Shown here: positions 39,165-53,340 of the stretch, in pieces
Position numbering within the stretch: position 1 is the stretch's first letter
Layout of the letters: each line of letters opens with the position of its first letter
Assembly: GCA_951406725.2 (NCBI GenBank)
Contig: OX597826.1
Coordinates: 69,192,001 to 69,256,000, forward strand
Source of the DNA: Octopus vulgaris
Lineage: Eukaryota
DNA length: 64,000 bases
Direction: 5' to 3'
Translations under genes and position numbers: made by a program
The notes under the pieces: model-generated
Seen by the model: the letters and a program-made list of their open reading frames with translations, nothing else
What the model was told of the DNA's origin: nothing
Database searches by the model: none

Positions 39165-39399
39165 ATATACTTACACACAGCCCATAATGAAGCTATTAAA
39201 TTACAATTCTGATTATAGCAACTGTTTCTAGGTTAAGTTGTGAAAGTTGGCAACCATCAGGTATAAATTAGTTGAAGTGGGAATATTAAACCTTGTCTCA
39301 CTCCACTACATTACATAAATCACGACGAGGAATATGCTTAGGTGGCGCCCTCTTTTATCTACTATGTTCATCATGATTCTACTGTTGCTGCTGCTGGTG

Positions 39400-39871
39400 A
39401 TGCGGATGATAGTGATGATGAGGAGGAGGAGGGCTGCGACGCTGACGACGATGGCGATAATGATAATGGGGTTTGGTGATGGGGATGATGATGATGATAA
39501 CGATGATAATGATGATGATGATGATAATGAGGATGAGGATGATAATGGTGATGATAATGGTGATGATGATGATGACGACGGCGACGACAAATTTTGATGA
39601 TGATGATGATAACGATGATGATGCTGGTGTTGATGATGATGATGTTGATGATAACGAAAATGATGATCATGATGGCGATGATAGTGATGATGATGATAAC
39701 GAAAATGATGATCATGATGACGATGATGGTGATGATGATGATAATGATGACGATGATGATGATAACGATGATGATAATGATGATGATGATGTTGACAACG
39801 ACAACGGTGACAACGACGATGGCAATAATGATAATGAGGTGTGGTTATGGAGGTGAAGATGATGATGATAC

Positions 39872-39912
<41 letters not shown>

Positions 39913-39955
39913 CGATGCTGATGATGATGATGATGATGAGGAGGAGGAGGAGGGG
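39400..39955. repeat. (GAT)n-rich microsatellite
   Basis: Direct reading; source of the poly-Met/Asp ORFs. Confidence 0.95.
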
Positions 39956-40198
39956 GGAGAGGGATTTTGGTAGTGGGGCTGCTGGGCGCTTATTGCATTG
40001 ATAACGATGGTTGTTTTCCATGTTGATAATAATTGTGTTTCCTGTACATAAAACACGTAAATAATGTTTTATGTTGCGAACGAGAAAAAGAAAGTTTCAT
40101 ACAAAAGATCGTCTAAATGCCTAAATACAAACAAACAAGCGTACGCGCACGCTCACACACGCACACACAAACACGAACACAAACACATACACATACAG

Positions 40199-40357
40199 AG
40201 GAGTGGCTGTGTGGTATGAAGCTTGCTTACCAACCGGATGGTTCCAAGTTCAGTCCCACTGTGTGACATAATGGGCAGGTGTCTTCTACTATAATAGCCT
40301 CGGGCCGACTAAAGCCTTGTGAGTGAATTTCGTAGACGGAAACTGAAAGAAGCCTGT

Positions 40358-40406
<49 letters not shown>

Positions 40407-40475
40407 CAAAATAAGAAAATGGAGGATATATGTTATCCCATGGAGGGTTGCATTTACAACCCCTATCTCAATTTG

Positions 40476-40536
<61 letters not shown>

Positions 40537-40766
40537 GTGTGTGTTTGTGAGTCTGTTTCTTCCCCCCCTACCACCACCACCACCACCACCATCACTATCG
40601 CTTGTCAACCGATGTTGATATGTTTACTTCCTCCTAACCTAGCGTTTCGGCAAAAGAGACCGATGGAAATAAATACTAGGCTTGCAAAGAATAAGTCCTG
40701 GGGGTGGATTTCTTCGACTAAAGGCTGTACTCCAGCATGGCTGCAGTCAAATGGCTGCAACAAATA
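40199..40766 (+). mobile_element. SINE family A with extra sequence inside its internal microsatellite
   Basis: Head 40199-40360, non-repeat insert at about 40400-40475, tail 40598-40766. Confidence 0.8.
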
Positions 40767-40767
40767 A

Positions 40768-40824
<57 letters not shown>

Positions 40825-41393
40825 GAGTCAATGATTCACTCCCTTGACAATTTAGAGTGTCATGTGATGCGTTCGTTCAAGATTTTTATCTCGGTGAACA
40901 CGATTTGTGGAAAAACAAAATATTTCTTTTCAGCTTAATTCTTCTAAGATAACATTTGCCTTGCTGACAAATATCTGTGAAATAAAGAAAAGAACAAAAA
41001 AATAGGACGACTTCTTAAACTTTATTTCTTAACAACGATGCCTAAGGCTGCTTCGTCCCAGATTGGATCATATTGATCGACCTCAAAATGATTTGTGGCA
41101 AAGCTGACCTGGAAAAGATTTGAACTCAGAGAATAGGCAGCTGGAGTAACTAGGGCAGTGTCATGCTGGAGCACTGCTGTGAAGTATTTAGTCGTACAAA
41201 GAGACCCAGTACTAATTTGTTTCATTATTTTTCATTAGGTATACATGTATGGATATATGTGTCCTTTATTTTTTTTAATTATTATAAATTTTCCACTGAG
41301 GAGGGAGCCGGATTCCAACAAAGATACAAGGCTCCATCTTTGGGATTTAGTTAACGCAAAATCTGCATCTGTGTATGTACGTGTGTATGTATG

Positions 41394-41427
<34 letters not shown>

Positions 41428-41943
41428 TGTATGTATGTATGTATGTATGTTGGTAGGTAGGTAGGTAGGTAGGTAGGTAGGTATGAAGTTTGGATTTTAT
41501 TGTATAGACCCTTTTTGCCGAACCAATACGCTATATGGATGTAAACAATCCGACACCGGGTTTTCAAGATATATGGGCGGGGAGGGGCGAGGTAACAAAC
41601 ACAATGACAAACACATTCACATACACAAACAAATATATATATATATATACGGCAAGCAGAGCCGCTTTAATATCGGCCCTGCATAGAGGCCCTAAGCACT
41701 TAAAAAATTTTGCTGACCCCAAGCCATAAAATATATTTTTAAAAATCAAACAAACCTAACAGTAAGATAACAAAATATGTTTATTTATTTATACTTCCAC
41801 TTTATTAATATTTGAAAAGCTTTTTTTTCATATTTTTCTTCCTTTCCTTTTTTTTTTCTTTTTTTCCATTTTTTTATGGAAAAGTCTTTGATCAGATCAC
41901 CATTATGACATTATCAACACTACGAAATTACATTTCTGATCAT

Positions 41944-42159
41944 ACTCTTTTACTTGTTTTTCAGTCATATGACTGCGGCCATGCTGGAGCACCGGTCTTT
42001 AATCGAGCAACTCGACCCCGGGACTTATTCTTTTTGTAAGCCAAGTACTTATTCTATCGGTCTCTTTTGCCGAACCGCTAAGTAACGGGGACATAAACAC
42101 ACCAGCATCGGTTGTCAAGCAATGCTAGGGGGACAAACACAGACACACAAACACACGCA

Positions 42160-42205
<46 letters not shown>

Positions 42206-42371
42206 TACGACGGGCTTCTTTCAGTTTCCGTCTACAAAATCCACTCACAAGGCTTTGGTCGGCCCGAGGCTATAGTAGAAGACACTTGCCCAAGGTGCCA
42301 CGCAGTGGGACTGAACCCGGAACCGTGTGGTTGGTAAACAAGCTACTTACCACACAGCCACTCCTGCGCCT
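41944..42371 (-). mobile_element. SINE family A, full length
   Basis: Near-identical to 11037-11500. Confidence 0.9.
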
Positions 42372-43014
42372 AACTGAATATTAATATTATTGAGTATTAT
42401 TTAACATATTGAATATTATTTAACAAAGTTGTTTTGTGCCGTAAACCACTTAGCATTTTTGTGGTGTTCATCCCGTTTCCTTTGGTACCCTATGTAAGTA
42501 CTAATTGTTCTTAATGCTAATCCAGCGCTGACGGCAAGCTTCCACACATTTTCCGTCTACCAAGTTCGTTTAGAAGCATGGCTTGGCCCAGGGCTGTAGT
42601 AGAAATCTCGCTGTAGGACTGAACCCTGAAACTACTGGTTGGAAAGCGAGCGTCTCAACCACACAACGATGTCATATATTTTTATTTATTTTATGTTTCT
42701 TTTTATCCATCACTCGAAATCAATCTAAACCACGACAATGTTCTTTCATCGGAAATCATATACCACCTGAACATCTTAAATTGGTCGTTTAAAATATAAA
42801 TCTGCCAATATCTTGGCATTTTTAATTGCTCTTGAAAACATATTATTTACACATCACAACTTACAAATCAATAACCTGATTTATAAAATATCACCCACAC
42901 ATTTTTGGGCCATCAAATCTTCCAGTAAAAAAAATGCTACTTCACTATATAACTATTTTTCCAATAATGCTACTGATGTTCGTTTATCACACGATTTAAT
43001 ATTAATATTATTAA

Positions 43015-44045
43015 AAAGACGGCCAGCAGCCAGAAATGTTATCACGCCGGGTAAAAGGCGGCAAGGTAGCAGAAACGTTAGCACGCCGGGCGAAATACTT
43101 AGCGGTATTTCGTCTGCGTTACGTTGTGAGTTCAAATTCCGCCGAGGTCGACTTTGCCTTTCATCCTTTCGGGGTCGATAAATTAAGTACCAATTACGCA
43201 CTGGGGTCGATGTAATCGACTTAATACCTATGTCTGTCCTTGTTTGTCCCCTCTGTGTTTAGCCCCTTGTGGGTAATAAAGAAATAGGTATTTCGTCCGT
43301 CTTTACGTTCTGAGTTCAAATTCCGCCCAATTCGACTTTGCCTTTCATCCTTTCGGGGTCGATTAAATAAGTACCAGTTACGCACTGGAGTCGATATAAT
43401 CGACTTAATCCGTTTGTCCTTTCTCTGTTTAGCCCCTTGTGGGTAGTAGAGAAATAGGTGTTTCGCCCCGTCTTTACGTTCTGAGTTCGAATTCCGCACA
43501 ATTCGACTTTGCCTTTCATCCTTTCGGGGTTGATAAATTAAGTACCAGTTGCGTACTGGGGTCGATCTAATCGACTGGCTCCCTCCCCAAAACCTTCGGG
43601 CTTGTGCTTAGCGTAGAGAAAAAATAATACTGGTTGTGTCCGTTTATCACATGTATTAATATTAATATTAGTTAAAAGGCGGCCAACAGCAAGAATCGTT
43701 ATTTCGGGTATTGTGCCTTTCGCGGTTGATAAATTAAGTACCAGTTACGTACTGAGGTCGATCTAATCCACTGGCCCTCTCCTCCGAAATTTCGGGCCCT
43801 TGTGCCTTGCGTAGAAAAGAATGTTATTAAAAAGACGGCGAGCAGCCAAAATCGTTATCACGCCGGGTAAAATGCCTAACGGCATTTCGTCCGTCTTTAC
43901 GTTCTGAGTTCAAATTCCGCCGAGGTCGATTTCGCCTATAATGCTATCGAGGTCGATGAAATGAGTACCAGTTGAACACTGAGGTCGATGCGATTGACTT
44001 ATCTCCTCCCACCAAAGTTACTTGCTTCTTATCAAAATTTGAAAT
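43015..44045 (+). mobile_element. Cluster of SINE family B copies (trimer plus fragments and a monomer)
   Basis: Unit starts at 43104, 43287 and about 43457; the last unit ends in an alternative tail CCTCCCCAAAA...GTAGAGAAAAA. Confidence 0.85.
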
Positions 44046-44135
44046 CAGTATCGCTATCCACGTTTCTCCCTGGGAACAAATACAGATTTCAATGTCATAT
44101 AGAGGTTTCCTGCATTGAATCGTATCTGATGATGT

Positions 44136-44640
44136 AGGCGCAGGTATGGCTGTGAGAAATGCCTTTTTCAGCTACATTGATTTGAGTTCAGTCCCCACTG
44201 CAGACACCTTGGAAATGTGCCTTCAACTGCTGTCCAGGACCGACCAATTCCTTGTGAGTAAATTTTGTAGACGGAAACTTTCGTGGCCAACATCGCCTTC
44301 GCGCATGGGCGAATTAGTGTGTGTGTGTATATATATATACCCTCACACACATATATATATGTGTGTGCTTGCGTGCGTGCGTGTGTGTGTGTGTGAGTGT
44401 GTGTGTATAAATATATATCTATGGGGTTAGTGTTTTTGTATCTGATTCTCTACTTCCCTCATTTGGCAAATAGTGTTGGTGTGTTTACATTTCGTAACTT
44501 AGTGGTGCGGCAAAACAGGCCGACAGAATGAGTCTCAAACTTTCAAAGAATAAGTACCGGGGTCGATTCCTTCGACCAAACGCTTCAAGACGGTGCTCCA
44601 GGAATGACCATATTCCCAGCTCGAAAGCAAGTAAAATGAA
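44136..44640 (+). mobile_element. Diverged SINE family A
   Basis: Head, microsatellite and tail are all recognisable. Confidence 0.7.
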
Positions 44641-45737
44641 GGAGGAGAAAAATTCACGAGAACATATAACATAAACTATAATCTTATTTGAGAGAGATTT
44701 GGCTGCATTTTCTTGCAGACGAGACAGTAACAATTACATTCTCGATTTTGTGTTCTGTTTCTTCAATTTTATTATCAACAAATATAACCTTTTGCCAATA
44801 CATGCTATCAATACATGCTGAAGCGCTGTATATTATTACGTCAATGGAAACTAAAGTACTACAGTATATTTTTTTAACATTATTTTTTATGTTCAATTTC
44901 ATTTCATTTCATTTATTTACTTACGCATGTGGATTTTACAAAGTAGAGCACATTGGAATCCAATGATTGTTTAAAACAGATAAAAAAAAGATTGATAGGA
45001 AATAGGCATTAAAAGGCAAACAACTCGACGCCACCACTCTCCTTTGCTCTGACTCTATCTGTGTCCCACTTTTCATGTGTCTCTGGTTCTCTCCCTTTCA
45101 CTCTCTCTCCTTCTCTCTCCTCTCTCTCTATATCTCTTGCTCTCCTCCACAGAGAAACAGATCTATACGTATCTCCATTTTCCTAATTACAGCTCCGCTT
45201 TCTACCATTCTGATTTCTTGATAGACAGTAGGTTAAGGTTTGCGGAAGAAAGATTTCACTAAAAATTTACAAACTATACTGTACAAACATCAGACGCTGA
45301 AGTCAATATGTATCGTCATGTGGGTGAACATCTAGTATGTATTGACTACAAAGCGTGTATACATACACACATACATACATACATACATACATACACACAC
45401 ACATACATACATACATACATACATACATACATACATACATACATACATACATACATACAATGTGTGTGTCGGTGACTGTGTGTTTTTGTGTCTGAGTTTG
45501 TGTATATATAATATAAATACAGCTTCTATGTAAGGATTTACAAATAAGCAACCGAGTTATATAGAACACAATGAAACAGTGGAGAAACATAACACAATAA
45601 AATATGAACAGCTAATATAATTAAAATTTGGAGTTGCTCTTGCAATTTCTTGAGAAGAAATTGTAAGATTGCAACTTTAGTTTAATAACGGCGAAGTTTA
45701 ATTGTGTTAGTTTGTCTATATTTCAATGTTCGAGGAC

Positions 45738-45823
<86 letters not shown>

Positions 45824-45829
45824 ATAGAT

Positions 45830-45868
<39 letters not shown>

Positions 45869-45896
45869 AAGATAGGTAGATAGGTAGATAGATAGG

Positions 45897-45936
<40 letters not shown>

Positions 45937-45964
45937 AAGATAGGTAGATAGGTAGATAGATAGG

Positions 45965-46020
<56 letters not shown>

Positions 46021-46036
46021 AAGATAGGTAGATAGG

Positions 46037-46110
<74 letters not shown>
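45738..46110. repeat. (GATA)n microsatellite
   Basis: Direct reading. Confidence 0.95.
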
Positions 46111-46296
46111 TAAATATAGTGTACATATAAACACATAAGAGGTTAGCCATCATAGGACTACCTACACGCTAGAGAGGATAGCTAAATTCCGAACCACTAT
46201 TAGAGATAAAAATCGAAGGGAATGAAAAATAAAAACAGCATTTACGTAGTCCTATGATGGCTACCTCTTATATTTTAATGTTCGAGTATAGATAGC

Positions 46297-46378
<82 letters not shown>

Positions 46379-46382
46379 ATTA

Positions 46383-46535
46383 GGTATCTGGTGGGGCTAT
46401 CGGGCAAGAATTTCGCTTCCCAACCACTTGGTTCCGGCAAGTGTCTTCTACTATAGCCTGGGGACGACCAAAGCCTTGTGAGTGGATGTGGAAGACGGAA
46501 ACTGAAAGAAGCCTGTCGTAGATATATGTGTGTGT

Positions 46536-46572
<37 letters not shown>

Positions 46573-46790
46573 TTTCTGCTACTGTTTGCCCCTACTACCG
46601 CTTGACAACCGATGTTGGTGTGTTTACATCCCCGTAAGTTTGCGGCTCGGCAAAAGGGCCCGATAGAATAAGTACTAGGGTTAGAAAGTAAGTCCTGGTG
46701 GGATATATTTGTTCGATTAAAACTCTTCAAGGTGATGCTTCAGCCTGGCCGCAGTCAAATGATTGATACAAGTAAATGAATTAACGAATG
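46383..46790 (+). mobile_element. Diverged SINE family A
   Basis: CAAGTGTCTTCTACTATAGCC...CGCTTGACAACCGATG... Confidence 0.75.
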
Positions 46791-46854
46791 AAAGAATATA
46801 TATAGAGAGAGAGGGGAGAGACAAAATAAAAAGAGGGAGAAACACAAATACACA

Positions 46855-47172
46855 CAGTAATCCCTCTCCATATCGCGGTTCACCTATCGCGGTTTACTAT
46901 TTAAGCTTACGTCGTGGTGTTGTTTCGCATTTATTATAAAATGAATATATACAATATGCTAAACTGGCCACATGACCATCCCTAAATACAACAACATCTG
47001 TTTCAACACACGATTTCACATCAAGAATCTTGCAAAAAAAAAAAAATATTAACGTAAATATATACAAATTATAAAAATAATCGAAAATATATACGACTGT
47101 TTCTACTTCGCGTATTTTCACCTATCGCGGGTGTTTTGGAACGTAACACCTTCGATAGTCGCATTATAACTG
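46855..47172. mobile_element. pogo/Tigger-like MITE
   Basis: Ends CAGTAATCCCTC...TATCGCGG and CGATAGTCG...AACTG|TA (imperfect TIRs); internal repeated TTCACCTATCGCGG. Confidence 0.6.
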
Positions 47173-47196
47173 TACACCTATATCCATGTACTCTTA

Positions 47197-47270
<74 letters not shown>

Positions 47271-47884
47271 AATGTATATATATATACACATATATAGACA
47301 CATGGATATGCGAGTGTGTGTGTATGTATATATATGTGTGTATATGACTCTATGGTGGACAAATTCCCAGATATTAGCGTTCAATATCCTACAACATTTA
47401 TAAACAAAATGCATATCCATGTAGATTGTTGCATAAACTGTGTAATAGAATAGCTTATATGAACATATACGCATATATTATATAAATATATATATTACAT
47501 ACATATGCATGTTGTGCATATTATATGCATGTTCACACACAGCCACACATGTAGCACGCGAACGAATATATGCGCACGTATGTAAGTGTGTGTTTATGTA
47601 CATATATACATGTACATTATATACATTACATACATAGATATATATACATACATACATACATACATACATACATAAATAATAGATTGGGAAGAAAGTCTTG
47701 TCACATTTTGCACATGACCATGTTGAAAGTACTTTCCCGATATTTACGGTAAAATGGATATTAATTTTTTCATTCTTCATTCTTTATGCAGAATTTCCCT
47801 TTTAAAGAGAACTTAGTTTATATCCGTATCAGATATTGCTTGCCATAGAAATACAAAAGTGGTTCTTCAAATACATAGAAATAC

Positions 47885-49362
47885 AAAAGTGGTTCTGCAA
47901 TAAATTTTCGCCCTGTCCATAGAAATGAAGCTTTCACTATCGAAACTTACCAATGATGTTTTGGCCAGTTTCTCACGGAAAATATTTCTCTCACAGATTA
48001 CCCTTTATCTGGACAACCAGCATCTGTAAATACTGAGCCTCTAAAATCTATATGGCTAAGGAACATCCAAAGCAAACTGCAAGTGATTTAGTAAGATACT
48101 TCAATTCATGTCACACGTCGATCGTAAAACACCTTCAACAATTAGGGTAAATGTTTAAACTTGGTTAATGGATCAGCCAACCTCTGAGAGCTTCTCAGCT
48201 TGAACAACGATTTGCTCTCTGCACGTCACTGATGATTAAACTAGCTATCGAAACAAGTAATTAGAATTGGAACCTCTATAAAGTTATTTACTGTAAAAGA
48301 CGATGATTAGCACCCCATGGAAAAGAGAAATCCGTCCTAAAACCAGGATTGTATCTACAAAGAGTAAGCTCAGTGTTTTAAGCGACATGAAGAGTGTGGC
48401 CTATTATGAGGTGTTAAGAGAGAATAAAACAGTTAATGTGGAAAAGCATTGTCATCAGTTGGACGCATTGCACAAAACTTGCAGAAAATGCAACCATCAT
48501 TACTGAATGGTACAGATGTTGCTCTTACAAGATAATGCAGGCCAAGTCACACAAGATTCTGGCTTTAAATATGGAAATTTGTACCCCAGCCATCTGACTA
48601 TCATCTTCTCAGAGCATTGTAAAATTAATTAAAGGGAAAACAGTTTATTAATTAGTACGTTTAAATATTATTACTAGTATTGTTGTTATACATACATACA
48701 TACAAGCATATGTAATGTTAATAATAAGTGGATGTAAACACATGAACAAAATAAGAATAAACAAAAACAACAACAACAAAAACAAAATACAAATTACATG
48801 AACGTATATAAACAGAAGATACAATTATTACAGGCATACCCCCACATACACACACTAAATAAACATAGACGCACATAGAGATATAAGCATGCTCAAATGA
48901 AGACATACAATAGAAATACAAAATGGCTGACGGTTAGTAAGGAGAGACACAAATAAGAAAGAAGAAAACAAAGGATCACTGATGCGGTCACAAGAGTGTG
49001 ACGAAAGAACTCTGGCCGAAATAAGATTAAGATTAATGTAAAAAATAAATAACACTGAAGCAAAATAACACTAAATATATAGTGCGTGTGTTTTTATTGA
49101 CTAAACTGGCAAAATGGCCATTCCGAAATATAACAATAAATAAGTTTATTAATTGCGAATAGCTTAAAAATTATATTAGGCGTTTCTTTACTTCGAAACC
49201 AGAAGAATTTTACGTCCGAAGTATCAACAATTTTCCCGATAATTAGGATTATATTATCGACAATAAAAGCTAATATTATCTTGATTAAATATATCTATTA
49301 AGACCAAAGAACCATTTGTTTCTTTCCCATCTTGAAATGTAACAGGACTTTTTCCAACCTAA
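47885..49362 (+). pseudogene. Decayed mariner transposase, interrupted by an insertion at about 48660-49135
   Basis: Frames read KHLQQLG*MFKLG*WISQPL, VAYYEVLRENKTVNVEKHCHQLD, LLQDNA, PSDYHLLRAL and FFTSKPEEFYVRSI; 3' TIR-like GACTTTTTCCAACCTAA. Confidence 0.85.
48976..49015 (+). ncRNA. Degenerate hammerhead motif
   Basis: CTGATGC-G-GTCACA(AGAG)TGTGAC-GAAA-GAAC-TC; perfect 6-bp stem II, core A9 mutated. Confidence 0.4.
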
Positions 49363-49456
49363 CGCGCGCGCGCGCACACAATACACAAATAAACATACAC
49401 ATATACATACATACATACATACATACATACATACACACAGAAAGATAGATAGATAT

Positions 49457-49876
49457 TCTCTTTTACTTTACTTGTTTCAGTCATTTGACTGCAGCCATGC
49501 TGGAGCACCGCCTTTAGTCGAGGAAATCGATCCCAGAACTTATTCTTTGTAAGCCTAGTACTTATTCTATCGGGTACTTTTGCCGAACCGCTAGGTTACG
49601 GGGAGGTAAACACACCAGTATCAGTTGTCAAGTGATGTTGGGGGGGGGGACAAACACAGACACACAAACATATACACACACATACATACATATATATATA
49701 TATACATATAAATATATGCGACGGTCTGCTTTCAGTTTCCGTCTACCAAATCCACTCACAAGGCTTTGATCAGCCCGAGGCTATTGTAGAAGACACTCGC
49801 CCAAAGTGCCACGCAGTGGGACTGAACCCGGAACCATGTTGTTGGTAAGCAAACTACCTGCCAGACAGCCACTCCT
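49457..49876 (-). mobile_element. SINE family A, full length
   Basis: Matches 11037-11500. Confidence 0.9.
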
Positions 49877-50984
49877 GATACACACAGAATTACAAATGCA
49901 TCGCATTAAAGTGTGAGTGAGAATATTCCAGAGATATTCGAAACCTTAAAAGCATTTTTTGTGACACTTGAGCGCTGCAGTTTAACCTCATTGCCACGCC
50001 TACGTCTAGGCAACTACTTTTTATGTTTTTAATAAAATTTCAAGTTTCTGTTATCGTCTGTTTTGTTGTTTTGCTGTCGTTAAGTATACAAATCTGAATT
50101 TTGCAAATAATTATTTAAATTATGGTACTAAAGAATACATGATAAGAAAAGTCGATATTGTATAAACCATTTAATTGTATGATCTGAGAAAAAATTTAAC
50201 ACTAAAAAAGCAGGAAAATCAATATTCATATGATATGTTGGACGACCGAAGAAAAAGCGTTTTAATGAGGTAGTAAGGAGAAATAAGGGGGGGGGGACTA
50301 AGCTGTATGTTGATTTTATAAGTACTATATCATATAAGTTAGAATAAAAATAATGTAAGATGAGAATAAAATTAGAATTATTTAAGCATAATGTAAGTTG
50401 ATAAATTGGCGGCATTTATGTTGCGCTTAGAAGTTTCCCCTCTTAAGAAAACCGTCAGATAATAAATATCTCTCTGGATTTGTGAATAATGCTACATGTT
50501 GAGGTTAGTGAAAGTGTTGTATGAAAGTTATAGTGAAATAATTCGATAACGAAAGAGAAGTGAGGGACTAGAATGACTAGGGACTTAGATACAAGATTAA
50601 TGTGTATGCTATAAAGATTACTAAATTATATTCAAATGGTGTTTGGGAATCAGGTTTAGTATTAGGAGTAGGTATAATTATTAGGTATAGAAATAAATCA
50701 ACAGTGATTTTTTTTAAAGCTGTAATACATTATTACTGTTTATAGGCATGATTTATTATTAGAAGGGCTTTAACTGCTTCTATCATAGGCATGACACCTG
50801 AAGATTTCAGAGAGGATGTTTTACTAAATGATTTGGACCTTAGTATTTAACTGGTACTTGATATTGTTGACTACTCAACTACACAGTGATAGAGAAATAA
50901 ACGGTAGTGAAAGGGATTAGTGCGCATATATATATATGCATATGTATATGTGTATTTTATATATATATATATAGATAGATAGAT

Positions 50985-51061
<77 letters not shown>

Positions 51062-51088
51062 CAGATAGATATATAAATAGATAAATAA

Positions 51089-51171
<83 letters not shown>

Positions 51172-51247
51172 TAGATATAAATTAACAGAATGAGATTTTA
51201 AAAAATCCAAGGCAGCGAATAGTTTTCAGAACATTTATGAAGAGAAG

Positions 51248-51295
51248 GTCTTACAGCTGTTTCCGGGATATGTTATATATCCCCTCATCAGAGAC
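51248..51295 (-). ncRNA. Minimal type-I hammerhead ribozyme motif
   Basis: GTCT-CTGATGA-G-GGGATAT(ATAAC)ATATCCC-G-GAAA-CAGCTG-TA-AGAC; palindromic stem III ACAGCTGT; intact core. Confidence 0.75.
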
Positions 51296-51574
51296 GGTGC
51301 AAGAAAGTGCTTAAGTAATAGTTATTATAGTGAAGATATGAAATACAGAGTGAAATGGAGGAATGAAGACAGACGTGGGATACGTAAGGATATTGTATTT
51401 GCAGTTCCATTATTTAAGCAGAATGGTGTATATATAAGATTCCTATATGTATACGTATTTATAGATAGATGTATAAATACAAATACACACGTACTTCTGC
51501 TAAATATTAAGATCAAGATGTGTGTATAATTGTATGTATGTATGTATGTATGAATGTATGTATGTATGTATGTA

Positions 51575-51643
<69 letters not shown>

Positions 51644-52261
51644 CTTTCCCGTCGGTTTCGACGAATGAGGTTCTGACAACCAACACTTACTTTGTCAGCC
51701 ATAATGCTTATGTCGAATGTGACATTCGAGTCCCGTCAACGGTTTCCCGAAAGGAAGCCGCTGATGTTACAAATATGAGGATTCCGGGTCCGTGCAGGCG
51801 GTATATTTGCAGCTGCTAATCTCCTTTGTCTTGCAACCCGTAACCTGTTAATGCTGGTTTAAACAGAGTCTCATACAATCTTGACACGATGATCTCCATT
51901 TTGTTCGTTTCGATGCCGCTTGCTCAAAAGTATTCTGAGCTATAGTGACTGCTATGAGCAGCTTGTACTTATATTTGAGCCATGGTCGACCAATATGCTA
52001 TACCTAGTACCGATGTGGCTGTACGTGAGGACTTTGCTATCCTTTTGTCACCCATTCTGATGATATAACCAGCCTAGCGAAATAGCTACTGCATAAGGAA
52101 ACTCTTGGCACCACCAATCTTACACTTGCTAAACAAGTCAACATTAGACACACTGTCTTTCTCTGAATAACACAGATTGTCATGAGACAGCCTTTGTGGA
52201 AGATGTCTAATTAGTTAATATGCCACCAATAAGATGCTCAGGATTCCAAGTTAAAAAATAG

Positions 52262-52988
52262 AGTAGAAGGAATGGCAGCTTTATAATCTATATTTTGGTA
52301 CCAACTTTGAGGTCCCTTTCATTACATAGGCACTGGCGGAGTTTGCTTTGGTTTCTTTCGCAAGATGGTGGACATTTTCGTCTTCAAGGAAAGAGCTCGA
52401 TTTCACTTTTCTACCAAAGTATGTAAATGCCTTCACATACTTTAGGATATTTTCGTCAACCTTTATAGGAGTAACAGGGGAAAATTGTGAACAGGCAGCC
52501 TGTACTTTTGACGCGTCGAATTTCTTTCGGAGCAGGTCAAAATTGGTGGATTACTTCCTTCTACTTTACGTTGCTTGACAAACTGAAGGCTTTGCAAATA
52601 TAAGAGTGTATGTGTGTGTATATGCTTATATGTACGTATATATATATATATATATATATACACACCAAAGTAAGTACATATATGTGAAACAAGATGAGAA
52701 AAAATAGCATTGAATACCAGAAGTAGAGTAATACGTTTTATTATTATCAAAGCTGCAAAAACATCGCAAAAAATATCACAAGAAAACATGCTACTCAGAG
52801 TTCCACGTTCCGGATTCTCAATCTAAACTGTCTGACGAACGTGAACGTGAAACTCTGAGTAGCATGTTTTCTTGTAATATTTTTTGTGTTGTTTTTGCAG
52901 CTCTGATAATAATAAAGTACATATATATGTAATGAAAGGGACCTGAAAGTTGGTACCAAAATATAGATTATAAAGCTGCCATTCCTTC

Positions 52989-52992
<4 letters not shown>
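52262..52992. repeat. Nested inverted repeats (67-bp outer arms, about 74-bp inner arms)
   Basis: 52262-52328 versus 52926-52992 (1 mismatch); 52737-52810 versus 52843-52916. Confidence 0.9.
52829..52864 (+). ncRNA. Minimal type-I hammerhead ribozyme motif
   Basis: TGT-CTGACGA-ACG(TGAA)CGT-GAAA-CTC(T)GAG-TA-GCA; intact core, weak stem I. Confidence 0.6.
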
Positions 52993-53049
<57 letters not shown>

Positions 53050-53113
53050 TCCCGGGTTGATACGGGGTTAACCACAGTAAGTAAGGTACTCAATACATAG
53101 CAGAGTAAAATTA

Positions 53114-53284
53114 ATTTATTATATAGAAGGAGCTTCTACAGGACTAGTACTGTTTCATTCATACTGTATGTGTGAATATAAGTAGGAATATAAGTATGTA
53201 TGTATGTATGTATATATGTATAGAAATGCATGGGTACAGTAGGAATATACGCATGTATTATGTGTGTGTGTGTGTATGTATGCA

Positions 53285-53340
<56 letters not shown>

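Noticed and set aside
41657-41730. hAT-like terminus CAGAGCCGCTTTAA...GGCCC
   Set aside because: No matching second terminus or TSD found.
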